A stretch of DNA of 64,000 bases from Eledone cirrhosa (Eukaryota), in assembly GCA_964016885.1 (NCBI GenBank), contig OZ024755.1:37324001-37388000 (forward strand). Reading direction: 5' to 3'. The first letter of the stretch is position 1. The number at the start of each line of letters is the position of its first letter. The notes under the pieces were generated by a model. The model saw only the letters and a program-made list of their open reading frames with translations. It was not told the origin of the DNA and did not search any database. The translations under genes were made by a program, and so were the position numbers. Shown one piece after another: positions 13,830-27,194 of the stretch.

Positions 13830-13885
13830 CATATACATTAATACACACACACACAGACACACACACACACACACACACACAGACA
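13195..13885. repeat. (CATA)n/(CA)n compound microsatellite
   Basis: Direct reading. Confidence 0.95.
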
Positions 13886-15261
13886 CATTCACAGAGAACA
13901 GGGGGGGGGGGGTATAGGAAGGTTGTAGGAACTGAAAAATTGTGTTTGCACGTGGTGTAGTTCAAATGAGATATTTGTTATATGGGAATTCACAACAGAC
14001 GAAACTGAATTATGACTGAAGTCATGAAATTATTTATAATGCAAGTAGGGAGTTTATGTCGATTTTTGTGAAAATGAATTGTAATACATACGAGTATACT
14101 GATAATTAATTTTCCAAGAGCATTATTCATGATGTTTTCTTGATTTCGATAATCTGAATTTACGAAACAAAGCAACGAGATCTCGCGAGACATCAACAGA
14201 ATAGAACACCATCACTTCCAAAGGAAAACTTTGTTTGATAACATTTGTAGCAGAAAACTATTACGATATAGCAGAAGAATATGTGTTTTTTTCACAGAGT
14301 ATAAAATATGTCTCTCTCTCTCCACATATATAGACGAAATAAACAAATTTTAATGTGATTTTTATCGTATCCTCACAAGAGAACTATAGTGTCCGGGGCC
14401 CTTTTTTAGAGTCTCTATGAGAGTTGGGAAGAAAGAAGATAGGGTCTGACTACTTGCAACAAACCGAATTCTACTGACGACATCCAAGAAGGCCACAATA
14501 GGGTTTTAACTGAACAAATACTGCAAGCCAACATAAACGAGCCCCTAACGCCTCCGTTTGTCAACTGCCTTCCATTGTGTCTTTAACATTAAATAAATTC
14601 CAGACACATATTTTCAGATTTACAGACCTGCAATATTATGTATTAAGGATCGCTCATTATAGAAAACAATGTATGTTTTGTTGTATTGAATAGTTCTTAT
14701 GTTGTCGTTGATGTTTAGTCCTAACACAACTTTAATTGAGTAAACTTGATGAGATTTATTCATATATTATCTGGTTCGTAATTGTTCTATCTAACCTGCC
14801 TACTTGGAAAACATATGGAATGATTCGAGAGAGATTTAACTGGTTTTCTAGATGTTCCTTCATTTATTGATAATTTCTATGTTGTTATTATAGTTATTTA
14901 GTTTCAGACATATGACCGCGGGTTTTCTAAGTCATAATCATCCTATTTTAATAGGGGTTGTAGGACTATACAGTATCATGTGTGTTTTTACTTTATTGAA
15001 GCGACGTTTAAGCGATGTTTTGCTCATTTAACCTGTTCATTATCACATTTCTATTGAAAGACACTGCCAAAGCTTTTCAGATAATTTTCAAATTAACCAA
15101 GAATGTATAAGGATTTTTTAATATATATACAAGCAACAGCATTCTCCCTTTTCATAGACTCCAAAACAGGTGTGGAAATGTAATCCTCAGATATGAGACC
15201 TCATCCGAATTCTTGCAACAGGGTGGAGCCCACGTAGAGCAACTAAGGCCTAAATACGGCG

Positions 15262-15716
15262 AAATAATTGTTTTATGGTCTTGACTGTGTTAGTTGGACG
15301 ACAAGGTCACTTCAGAAGCTCTCTACATTCCAGAACCACATCATGAAATTTATGACTGGCAAGGAGCTCAGTTACCGTATCTGTATCAGTGAGCTGCTCA
15401 ACATTACCAAACTTAGACCAGTTACATCAATTGTCAAGTCAAGAGTACTCAAACTATACGGCCATATAAAAAGATCAACTCGTGGTGTGAGTAGGTTATG
15501 TCTGGAAGGAAGGTTGGCTGGTAAGAGAAGCAGAGGCCGGCAGCCAAAACGATGGCTTGACAATGTCAACTTGTGGACTGGACTTGATCTTTGCTATTTG
15601 AACTCTGCTGTTGGTGATCGAACTTTGTGGAGAGAGATATCACATGTTGATGTGCATTCTGCAACTGGCGGAGTTTAGCGTCATCGTCGTCGTCGTCGTA
15701 GTAGTAGTAGTAGTAG
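15262..15716 (+). mobile_element. RTE-like LINE 3' end with (TCG)(TAG) tail
   Basis: LKLYGHIKR..LEGRLAGKRSRGRQPKRWLDNV..DRTLWR. Confidence 0.8.
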
Positions 15717-16831
15717 ACGTCTAAGATGTTCCCAAAGACATTGATTGTCGTAAATGACGGTTTGAAACCTGATTGGTGAGTAGGGTCCCTGATAAGAATG
15801 ATTAGGTTTTCACCCCGCTGTTCTGAAGCACACAAGATGTTAATGTTTAGAAAATGTCGCCCTTGATAAACCAACTAAAAGCCAGCCCATTTTACTAAGA
15901 CATTGTAACTACGATTAGATTATCCAATAAGACCTCCCCTGTTAAAACGACACAGTGTTAAGGATATTTGACTGTATTCGTTTTTTTTGTAGTGGTGGTT
16001 TTTTTTTGGGGGGGGGGGGGGGGGGGGGGGCACAACAGCGTAGAATTTTTTTTCTTCTGCGAATAAAAGAGTAGTTAGTGAATCAAATGGTTTCTATTAC
16101 TCCTCAAATTATGTTGTGTACACTTGAAGTAGCTTGCGGCAGGTGTAAACGAAAATAGTTAATTGCATTCTTCACGAGATAGTTTTCGTAGTTAAGATGG
16201 CTTGCCTAGCTTTAAATACGTACCGCGTTTAATTATATATGAGTCAATGCAGTCTGGTTTATTTCTAACTATTTCTCAAATTTTATTGTTTATGCTACAT
16301 TAGAGCCTACGAGATAGCGTGTTATAATATACATCTAATTAAACGCATATAAGAGCTAAGCAGTTGCGACAGTACTTGCAGCCGTGACATCAGTTCAAGA
16401 TCACAATATTAATGCAAGGTCCGTTTGCTAGAGTTTCCCAATAATGCAGCAAGAAATCTGTTGCTGCAGGCTTACTTTGGTTAACTATCTACAATATGAA
16501 CAAATAGGAATTACGCAGTTATTTTATAATGATAGTTATATAAAATAACAATATATTTTCTTGTTATTCTCATACAAATTCATAAGTTACACCCGATTCA
16601 TCATTTTGTTTAAAGTTAATTTATTTCTATAAACGCGTTTATTTTTTAGGTTTTATTTCGTTCCTTTTGTTTTCTTGTTCTTGGTATTTGCTTCAGTTTA
16701 ATCTATTTTAACAAATACTATTAAATCGGAAATTTGTTTTCGATGGTCTACTCCACATGTATGTATAGGGGGTTGTGTAGTTTTGTTGTAGTGTATGTGG
16801 TGCAGGGAAAGCTAAAAAGAGTGAACTGATA

Positions 16832-17035
16832 TAGGCACAAGGCCAGTCATTTTAGGGGAGGGGAAAGTCGATTTAATCGACCCGAGTACGTGACTGGTAC
16901 TTTATTTTATCGACCCCGTAAAGATGAAATGCAAAGTTAACCTTGGCGAGATTTGAACTCAGATCGTAAAGGGCCGTAACTCTATGCTGTAAAGCATGGT
17001 GTCCGACCCTCCACCGATACTGCCAATCCACTGCC
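16832..17035 (-). mobile_element. tRNA-derived SINE
   Basis: Minus strand A box TGGCAGTATCGG, B box GAGTTCAAATC, then gc.tttcatc.ttacggggtcgataaaa core. Confidence 0.85.
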
Positions 17036-17120
17036 CTCCAGCCAGAATATAATAATATATAATAAACGAGGTAAAACTTGTTTGAAAACGGTAAACGTTT
17101 TGTGTGTTTTTGTTCGTTTA

Positions 17121-19955
17121 GGTCAAGATAGTAGTGTAGAAATGTGTGTGTGTGAGTTAATGTTAGGGTTAGTTAGAATTAGGACAAGAATTAGTGTTAG
17201 TATAGTTATCATTAACGGTGAAGATAGTAGTGTAGAAATGTGTGCGTGTGTGAGTTAATGTTAGGGTTAGTTAGAATTAGGACAAGAATTAGTGTTAGTA
17301 TAGTTATCATTAACGGTGAAGATAGTAGTGTAGAAATGTGTGCGTGTGTGAGTTAATGTTAAGGTTAGTTAGAATTAGGACAAGAATTAGTGTTAGTATA
17401 GTTATCATTAACGGTCAAGATAGTAGTGTAGAAATGTGTGCGTGTGTGAGTTAATGTTAGGGTTAGTTAGAATTAGGACAAGAATTAGTGTTAGTATAGT
17501 TATCATTAACGGTCAAGATAGTAGTGTAGAAATGTGTGCGTGTGTGAGTTAATGTTAGGGTTAGTTAGAATTAGGACAAGAATTAGTGTTAGTATAGTTA
17601 TCATTAACGGTGAAGATAGTAGTGTAGAAATGTGTGTGTGTGTGTGTGTGTGAGTTAATGCTAAGGTTAGTTAGAATTAGGACAAGAATTAGTGTTAGTA
17701 TAGTTATCATTAACGGTCAAGATAGTAGTGTAGAAATGTGTGTGTGCGTGAGTTAATGCTAAGGTTAGTTAGAATTAGGACAAGAATTAGTGTTAGTATA
17801 GTTATCATTAACGGTCAAGATAGTAGTGTAGAAATGTGTGCGTGTGTGAGTTAATGTTAGGGTTAGTTAGAATTAGGACAAGAATTAGTGTTAGTATAGT
17901 TATCATTAACGGTCAAGATAGTAGTGTAGAAATGTGTGTGTGCGTGAGTTAATGCTAAGGTTAGTTAGAATTAGGACAAGAATTAGTGTTAGTATAGTTA
18001 TCATTAACGGTCAAGATAGTAGTGTAGAAATGTGTGCGTGTGTGAGTTAATGTTAGGGTTAGTTAGAATTAGGACAAGAATTAGTGTTAGTATAGTTATC
18101 ATTAACGGTCAAGATGGTAGTGTAGAAATGTGTGCGTGTGTGTGAGTTAATGTTAGGGTTAGTTAGAATTAGGACAAGAATTAGTGTTAGTGTAGTTATC
18201 ATTAACGGTGAAGATAGTAGTGTAGAAATGTGTGTGTGAGTTAATGTTAGGGTTAGTTAGAATTAGCACAAGAATTAGTGTTAGTGTAGTTATCATTAAC
18301 GGTGAAGATAGTAGTGTAGAAATGTGTGTGTGTGAGTTAATGTTAGGGTTAGTTAGAATTAGGACAAGAATTAGTGTTAGTATAGTTATCATTAACGGTC
18401 AAGATAGTAGTGTAGAAATGTGTGTGTGTGTGAGTTAATGTTAAGGTTAGTTAGAATTAGGACAAGAATTAGTGTTAGTATAGTTATCCTTAACGGTGAA
18501 GATAGTAGTGTAGAAATGTGTGTGTGAGTTAATGTTAGGGTTAGTTAGAATTAGCACAAGAATTAGTGTTAGTGTAGTTATCATTAACGGTGAAGATAGT
18601 AGTGTAGAAATGTGTGTGTGCGTGAGTTAATGTTAGGGTTAGTTAGAATTAGGACAAGAATTAGTGTTAGTATAGTTATCATTAACGGTCAAGATAGTAG
18701 TGTAGAAATGTGTGTGTGTGTGTGTGTGAGTTAATGCTAAGGTTAGTTAGAATTAGGACGAGAATTAGTGTTAGTATAGTTATCATTAACGGTCAAGATA
18801 GTAGTGTAGAAATGTGTGTGTGCGTGAGTTAATGCTAAGGTTAGTTAGAATTAGGACAAGAATTAATGTTAGTATAGTTATCATTAACGGTCAAGATAGT
18901 AGTGTAGAAATGTGTGCGTGTGTGAGTTAATGTTAGGGTTAGTTAGAATTAGGACAAGAATTAGTGTTAGTATAGTTATCATTAACGGTCAAGATGGTAG
19001 TGTAGAAATGTGTGCGTGTGTGTGAGTTAATGTTAGGGTTAGTTAGAATTAGGACAAGAATTAGTGTTAGTGTAGTTATCATTAACGGTCAAGATAGTAG
19101 TGTAGAAATGTGTGTGTGAGTTAATGTTAGGGTTAGTTAGAATTAGCACAAGAATTAGTGTTAGTGTAGTTATCATTAACGGTGAAGATAGTAGTGTAGA
19201 AATGTGTGTGTGAGTTAATGTTAGGGTTAGTTAGAATTAGGACAAGAATTAGTGTTAGTATAGTTATCATTAACGGTCAAGATAGTAGTGTAGAAATGTG
19301 TGTGTGTGTGAGTTAATGTTAAGGTTAGTTAGAATTAGGACAAGAATTAGTGTTAGTATAGTTATCATTAACGGTGAAGATAGTAGTGTAGAAATGTGTG
19401 TGTGAGTTAATGTTAGGGTTAGTTAGAATTAGGACAAGAATTAGTGTTAGTATAGTTATCATTAACGGTCAAGATAGTAGTGTAGAAATGTGTGTGTGCG
19501 TGAGTTAATGTTAAGGTTAGTTAGAATTAGGACAAGAATTAGTGTTAGTATAGTTATCATTAACGGTCAAGATAGTAGTGTAGAAATGTGTGCGTGTGTG
19601 AGTTAATGTTAGGGTTAGTTAGAATTAGGACAAGAATTAGTGTTAGTATAGTTATCATTAACGGTCAAGATAGTAGTGTAGAAATGTGTGTGTGAGTTAA
19701 TGTTAGGGTTAGTTAGAATTAGGACAAGAATTAGTGTTAGTGTAGTTATCATTAACGGTGAAGATAGTAGTGTAGAAATGTGTGCGTGTGAGTTAATGTT
19801 AGGGTTAGTTAGAATTAGGACAAGAATTAGTGTTAGTATAGTTATCATTAACGGTCAAGATAGTAGTGTAGAAATGTGTGTGTGTGTGAGTTAATGTTAG
19901 GGCTAGTTAGAATTAGGACAAGAATTAGTGTTAGTATAGTTATCATTAACGGTCA
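17121..19955. repeat. ~96-bp satellite, ~29 copies, with variable internal (TG)n
   Basis: Unit GGTCAAGATAGTAGTGTAGAAA(TG)nAGTTAATGTTAGGGTTAGTTAGAATTAGGACAAGAATTAGTGTTAGTATAGTTATCATTAAC. Confidence 0.97.
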
Positions 19956-20001
19956 AATAGCTACAGTAGACTTGCTGTTGGGTTAGTATGGGTCACTTGA
20001 T

Positions 20002-20037
20002 AGTGAGCGCTTTCGGATTATAATCCTTCATCAGACG
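20002..20037 (-). ncRNA. Minimal hammerhead ribozyme
   Basis: GT-CTGATGA-A-GGAT-TATA-ATCC-GAAA-GCGC-TC-AC; palindromic stem III AGCGCT; weak stem I. Confidence 0.65.
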
Positions 20038-20229
20038 AGATTATTCCTGGCTTGGCAAATCCATTAGCCATCGGAGTATGTGTCTTATAATAACGTAGTG
20101 AATTAGTTTTTGAGGTTGCTTATTAAAAGTTTTGTAGTACATATGAGATGATGGGATCTTTGTTTCAATTAATTATTATTTTTAAAAAAATCATTTGTAA
20201 TTTTTGTTTTCTAAATGCTGGCTCCTAAC

Positions 20230-20480
20230 GGGATCCAGTCAATAACTCATTCTGACAGTCGAGGGCTTGTGGGTATCCCCACTCCCGCCTTTGTAGTCAT
20301 TTCTGGCGCCACACCTGAATAGTGGAATTCTCATCCTCCATCAAATCTATAGTATCAGAGCCACGGAACGTTGTTGAGGAAACCCTGACTTTATCTAATC
20401 GGTAGCATCTAGCCTCCTCCACTAGTTCCTGTTCTTTACCTCTAAGTGTTGTGATGTTCCAGGTTCCAAATGTCATGGTT
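20230..20480 (-). mobile_element. RTE-like LINE AP-endonuclease N-terminal fragment
   Basis: Minus strand translates MTFGTWNITTLRGKEQELVEEARCYRLDKVRVSST. Confidence 0.75.
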
Positions 20481-21684
20481 TTCTACCTTCCGGACCCGCA
20501 TTGGGGTCTAGGGATACGCAATTTCTGTGCGTCCATCTCACACCTTCCTGGACAGGTCGCATGCCCATCCCCAGTTTTTGCGGCATAAAATGGAAATTGC
20601 AATATATATTTTGAACAGGCCTCTGTACACGAGGCCTGAACGTCCGATCTTAACCTGATCGAAAAACGATGCAGTATTTCTCTTTTTTGTTCCGCTTACC
20701 ATATTTCAGTTGCAGTTTTGGTGGGCTTATTCACCCCAGTCACCAATCTGAAACATTGTCAAACCCACGAAGACTAGGCTTTTTAGAGGCGGCCTTTACT
20801 CGCCTCGTAATGGCTGTTTTATGAATAGGATTGACTTAAGCATCCGAGTAGGAAGTGGTATCAGTCGGCTCAGATTTATGGTATAATGACTAACAGAGTA
20901 GTAGTATACACATTGCTATAATAGATCCACCGCAGTAATAATATTTTCCCTCCTAATCTCTCTGAGAGTCATAAATTTTCCGAATCTAGTTATACATCCT
21001 CCATTTTTATTGTTAGAGTTACTTTCGATGTTTAAGCAATTTTGGATTTTCTTTGATTTACTTTATTTTTATTATTATTTTGGGGGTTGGGGTTGGGTGG
21101 GGCAGGGTTTGTGGTTGTAGCGAGGGGGGGGGCTGTGTTGGTTGTAGTGATGGTGGTGGTGGCGGTGTTGGTAGCGGCGGTTTTGATGGTGGGAGATAAT
21201 AATGATGGTGGTGGAGGTGGTGGGAGTTGTGATGGTGATGGAAGTGATTGTATTGATGGTGGCGATGATCTAATATGTTGTTTATTTTGTTGTTATTGTG
21301 TAAGCGGTATTAGTGGTGGTAGTGGAGGAGGTTGGGGGGGGGTCTTTGTTTTTTTTATTTTATATGAGATGCAGGGTCAATGGAATGTCATTAACAACGC
21401 CAATCGACATGATATTTACTTTTAACTGTTTATATATGAATTCTAAAACATGCTTCGCTACCCTCTTTCATTTTAAAATTAATTTTTCTCTCTTTTTAAT
21501 CGCCAATTACTTCAGAGATGGAAGACGAAATATTGAATTACATTCTACTTATATGTCTGGAAATTATTTGAGAAAATTAAATTACGAAAACTTGTCCTCT
21601 GGGAATTTGGCTGCAAAGTCAGGGAGCAATAATCACAGAAGGAAAATACTTATACAAAATATACAGTCTTATACAGACTTATGC

Positions 21685-21975
21685 GGCGGACGTAGCAAAG
21701 CCTAATGGTTAAGAGGTTCGGTTCACAACCATCAGGTCTCAGGTTCGAACCCACTCCGTGACCTGTTAAGAAAGTATCATTTAACATAGCCCCGGTTCAG
21801 CCCAAGCCATTTGAGTGGAAATGAGTCGACTGGAACTATTTGAAAGCCCGCTGAATTGACTGTATTTGTAACTCAAAGAGCCAGTTGTGTCATGCAATGC
21901 GCCACGCTGAATCTCCCTGAGAAATACGTTAAGGTGAACCGTGTCCGTGAAACTTTATTGGCATATTACAATTGT
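21685..21975 (+). mobile_element. tRNA-derived SINE (second family)
   Basis: A-box-like agcctaatggttaag, B box GGTTCGAACCC. Confidence 0.65.
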
Positions 21976-22199
21976 TTCAATATCCATCAACTCAGAGTGC
22001 AATCATAATGACCAGGGCCCGACTCTTCTTCGACATCTCCACCTATGTGCGAGTTTATATGTGAGGAGAAGTGGGAAAAGAGTCGGGCCCCAGTCATTAT
22101 GTTCGATATTGAAACAATTGTATTCCAAGAAAGTTTCTACATATGCTGCAACACAGACTTCGATTCTATTTACTGAAATTAGATTAAATCTATACAATA

Positions 22200-22300
22200 T
22201 AATGTTTCTACTTTTGGCACAAGGCTTGCAATTACACCAGTTCATTACTGGTACTTTATTTTACGACCCCGTAAGGATAAAAGGCAAAGTTAGCCTCGGC
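22200..22300 (-). mobile_element. Truncated tRNA-SINE
   Basis: tgtttctacttttggcacaagg..ctggtactttatttt..gaccccgtaagga. Confidence 0.75.
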
Positions 22301-22304
22301 AATA

Positions 22305-25010
22305 CTAGACCACACGTGACCCGTTGGGTCACGTTCACTTCAAAATATCACGCCGATTCTGCTGAGGAGGTCCTCCGTGCTGTCACATACATCTGGGGAC
22401 ATTTCAATGATGGGGCGTATGATCATGGAGAGGAAGTAGGACAGTCTGTAGTTACTAGCAATGTTAGCTCCACAGACTGGCCGTGTTGGTGGTCCCGCGA
22501 CAGGGTCACAGCCCGTTTTATGGTCTTTTCGAAGCCCATAAAACGCCGGCACGTCATTGTTCCAGGCCTGGAAGTTGTTGGCAGTCCTTTTGTTGGGCTG
22601 CATTATATTCGTCCACATCACCATATGGGCATTGAGGGCTTTTTCTCTATCCTCATGCTCCTGTGGTGTTACCTCTCTTGTGTTAGTGATGTGGGGTTGC
22701 ATTGCCTGGATGTAGTTTGGCAGGCTGTCAACCGACATTCTGCCAGACTTGTCTGTTGGAAAGCATGCTATCTCTCCATTACGTGAGCGCTGCATGAGCT
22801 TACGCAAGCCATTTGCAGATTTTTCTCCCAGTTGCGTGAGTAACCGATCTGGGGACCTAACAAACTGCATAATAGGCAGTATGAATGTTGTGTCCCTGTA
22901 TCCATCTATTGACGTGGATTTTGCTGTGGAGAAATGCGTAGAAATGATCAGTGAGAGCAAGGTTGAGTTCCGTGGGATTGATACCAGTGAGCTGGGACTT
23001 CTACTTAAGCTTACCTATAGTAATAGTTACCTAGACACATATGACCTTAGCAACCTGTGCCCTACAAGACCAGCAAGAGGCAAACCACCTACCATTACCT
23101 CAATGGCCAAGAAAACCCACACAGATAGATGGAACGGGTGGACCAGAGCCATACGGACACCCGAAAACCACGATGAACTGAAGAAAATGATTGCACATGC
23201 GGTAGGGGCCAGCATAAAACTAACCCTTAAGAAACATATGTTCAAATTTAATGGTAAAACATATGCCCAAGAGGAAGGAGCAGCCATTGGTGTTAGCATT
23301 GCAGGCGACATAGCTAACTTATTCATGGTATGGTGGGACAGTAGACTTAAACTTAAACTTTAAGAACAATTAGAAGACAGCTTAACCCTGATAATGTACT
23401 CCCGCTACGTAGATGATATAAACATCGTAGTTAAGACACCCCCACTAGAGAACAGTCAGGAACTAGAGAAAAACACAATGGAAAGCATCCAGTAAATAGC
23501 AAACTCCATCCACCAGAGCATTAGAGTTACTATAGACTACCAAAGTAGACACACCAACCATCGATTACCTGTACTAGACACAGAGCTCTGGTTAGATACC
23601 ATTAACAACCAAAAACAAATCCTCCATTCCCATTATGCCAAACCCATGACTTCCAAACTCGGCCATTTCGGACCATACCAAAATCAACATACTGATTGCG
23701 GATTTGGTACGGGTGATGAGAAATGTGTCCCGCATGTGCAAATCCGAAGAACAAGAGAGACACATACAACACTTCATCCACCGTATGCAGTTCTCTGGCT
23801 ACAATCAGAGAGATAGAATCAGAGTGTATAGAGGAGCCAGAACCAAATGGGAAAAAATGGTAAATAATGACATAAATGGGACCTGCCCCTTGTATAGGAG
23901 CAAATTTTGGAATAGAATAGAAAGAACTAGGAACAAGGCTAATAGAATAAACTCATGGTATGATAGCAATAAATATTAGAGTGTAATGTTCATCGATACA
24001 ACCCCTAGAGGCGAACTAGCCTACAAATTTAGAAGGGCCCTAAATAAACATAAACTCAATATTAAGATAGTAGAAAGACCAGGTACCTCCGTAAAAACAC
24101 TTATTAGCAAGACATACACTTTTCAAAGACCCTCATGTATAGATAAGAAATGTATAACCTGTAAAATAAGCCCCCATATTAACTGTAAAACTAGAAATGT
24201 AGTGTATAGCATAATATGTACTGAAGGACAATGTAGAGACAAAAATATAGTGTACATAGGTGAGACAGCTCGTAGTATAGGGGAACGGATAAATGAACAC
24301 TGGCGAGACCTTCAAGATAATAAAGAATCATCTGTACTCTACCAACATGCTAAGATAGAACACAAGGGTAAATTAGAGAACATAGAAATAAAAATAGAAT
24401 CTACACACAGAAAAGATGCAATGTCTAGACAAATTACAGAGGCAATAAACATAAAAGAATTACAACCAAAATTAAATAGAAAATATGAGTGGAACAGCAA
24501 CATCACAACTTACAATTAAGGACAAAATGAAAACACACACAGGACAAAATGAAAACACACACACACATAGAACAAACAAATTACAATTAAGGACAAAATG
24601 AAAACACACACACACATAGAACAAACAACCAACCAATAACATGTAAATAAATAAATAAATAAACAAATAGATAAATGAACATAAACACACACAGACACCC
24701 GGATGTGGGGCATGCGCAAACTGAGCACACAACACACACACAGAAACAAAATGGCGTAGGACAGAACAAAGGAGAGGCACAGAAACAAAGAAAGGAATCC
24801 CAGTCACTGAAGAGGTCACAGAGTGTGTGACGAAAGGACTATGACTATATATAAACAACTATCTGGTTGTGGGACCAACCAACCAACCAGAAATTTATAA
24901 ATTTATAAATTTGTAAATTTATAAATATATAATAAACTGAAGTGAAAGCAACTGGTGCGTGTGTTTCTTATTGGCAACATGACCCTCCCAAAGTATAACA
25001 ATACTTTACA
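22305..25010 (+). mobile_element. Penelope-like element (Neptune-like) pseudogene: RT + GIY-YIG + 3' hammerhead, with internal inversion 22348-22839
   Basis: PTDKSGR..FYGLRKDHK..PTRPVCGA..DSTEDLL (minus); GSMNVVSLYPSID, QEEGAAIG, YVDD 23406-23417, NVVYSIIC..VYIGETARSIGERINEH..RQITEAINI..LNRKYEW (plus); several stops and frameshifts. Confidence 0.92.
24802..24846 (+). ncRNA. Hammerhead ribozyme in PLE 3' UTR
   Basis: AGTCA-CTGAAGA-G-GTCACA-GAGTG-TGTGAC-GAAA-GGAC-TA-TGACT; stems I and II perfect. Confidence 0.85.
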
Positions 25011-25034
25011 TATATGTATATATAAAAAAAGAGT

Positions 25035-25372
25035 AAAGACCCCCTTCGGTCACGAATGACCTTAGGATTTTCACCTAGAAAGTTCCCCTCTGAGGCACAA
25101 GTCCAGGCAAAGTTGTTTGTGGAAGACCAATAGTCACCCATACATACCAGTCTCCCCTCTCCACGCCACCGATGAGGTCCAAGGGAAAGGCAATGGCTGA
25201 TACAGCTTGGCACCTGTGACGTCGCAACTCATTTCTACAGTTGAGTGAACTGGAGCAACGTGAAATAAAGTGTCTTGCTCAAGGACACAACGCATCATCC
25301 GATCCGAGAATCGAACTCACAACCTTCTGATTGCAAGTCCAATGCTCTAACCACTAAGCCACGCGCCTTCAC
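25035..25372 (-). mobile_element. tRNA-derived CORE-like SINE
   Basis: ggcgcgtggcttagtggttagagc..gagttcgattc..tgtgtccttgagcaagacactt. Confidence 0.85.
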
Positions 25373-25449
<77 letters not shown>

Positions 25450-25604
25450 TATATACACACACACATATATATATATATATACACATATATATATACACAC
25501 ACACATATATATATATACACATATATATATACACACACACATATATATATATACACATATATATACACACACACATATATATATATATATATACACATAT
25601 ATAT

Positions 25605-25663
<59 letters not shown>

Positions 25664-25689
25664 TACATATAAATATATATATACATATA

Positions 25690-25830
25690 AAAACAAGTGT
25701 TTTTTAAGCTTCATATCATGTCTCCCTATTTTATCTGATGAGAACGCAGATATCATCCCATGATGATATTTGTTTTTGAAATGCGCATAATAAAATACTT
25801 TGAACTCTTTTAACCATCTTTTGATCTTAT
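25690..25830 (+). mobile_element. Family B single module with intact hammerhead (25729-25795) inside (TA)n array
   Basis: TTTTAT-CTGATGA..GAAA-TGCGCA-TA-ATAAAA. Confidence 0.85.
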
Positions 25831-25921
25831 ATATATATATATATATATACATATATAAATATATACATACATATATATATATATATACATTTATATATAT
25901 ATACATATATGTATATAAATG

Positions 25922-25952
<31 letters not shown>

Positions 25953-25988
25953 GTGTATATATATATATATATATACATATATAAATAT

Positions 25989-26035
<47 letters not shown>

Positions 26036-26075
26036 TATATACATACATATATATATACATACATATATATATACA

Positions 26076-26686
26076 TGGTGGCTGCCAACTCGTTTTCGAG
26101 TACGGCCACTACTTTATATCCATGTAGGAGAACCCCTACCGATGCGCTGAACGAGTGTGACATTTTAGTCCAGCCAGCGACTTGAAAACTCTGGTACAAA
26201 CACTACACTTGTGACAATTATTGACACATAGTGCTGAGCCCATGGTTCCATGTGACGACAAGTGCAGAGAGATCTCTAGATATAAAGCAATGCCTGTGCC
26301 GTGAAACTTTTATAGTGAGCAAAGGCACTGCACAAAGCCAGTCCCACTCTCTTAACCAAGATGATATTTACCAAAAAGAAGAACAAGTCAACATCATTGG
26401 ATACCGTCAGGGTTGCAGGTGTTATATCAGAGTTTTCCTTCTCCTAGAATTCTGCCTTTACAAAGGCTAAGGGGTCATCTCTCCCGGTGATTTTGGATGG
26501 CCATTGACTCTTAAGAGCTCCTTTGCCCTTTGACAGGTTTTGTTTTTAGTCCTGCAGGATGTCCAAAGTCACCCTCCTCACCAAGAAACCTTGGTGGGGT
26601 TGCCAGTTTAGTCGCCAACGACCCGACCATGAGACAGGTTGTACTGGGATACATGTTACCAGTAGCACCAACTGGTGACCTGACAT
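26076..26686. repeat. Dispersed repeat (copies at 37450-37940 and 40400-40808)
   Basis: Shared ggatggcc.ttgact..gtccaaa.tcaccctcctcaccaag..catgttaccagtagc blocks. Confidence 0.75.
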
Positions 26687-26744
26687 CATACATATATATA
26701 TACATACATATATATACATATATATACATATATATATATATATA

Positions 26745-27132
26745 ATTAAAGAAAGAAGAGTAACATGGTTGGCTGTACAATAAGGGCTTTATTCGCAGTG
26801 CTGACAATTGTTTCATTGATCTGGTAGGTCTAGAGCTCGCTAATCGCTTGATGTTGCGTCAATCGATCTCCAATACTTTGTTTACAACCAGTCAATACAT
26901 CAGAGCAAGTTGATATGAGGATAATACGCAAGGCATGGCATGGTGGCTTTCATAGAGGAGTGGTTTTAGACCAGAACAATAACATCAGCAACAAAATATC
27001 TAGATAGTGAATAATAAAACAATAACATCAATACTAGTAAGAAATAGAACATAATTATAACACAAGCATGGTAAACAAACAGAGATGATACAGATGCATG
27101 AAGTGACATGCGAAACCTATCATAGGGTACAT

Positions 27133-27194
<62 letters not shown>

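Noticed and set aside
17121-19955. Telomere or CRISPR array
   Set aside because: Only one TTAGGG per unit; the variable part is (TG)n slippage, not spacers
21941-22786. 281-aa plus-strand ORF
   Set aside because: Antisense to the inverted RT segment and crosses SINE sequence
25290-25372. tRNA gene
   Set aside because: tRNA-like head continues into a SINE core; no proper acceptor stem or terminator
26560-26690. HDV-like ribozyme on the minus strand of the dispersed repeat
   Set aside because: P2/P3-like pieces are visible but no complementary P1 could be built by eye
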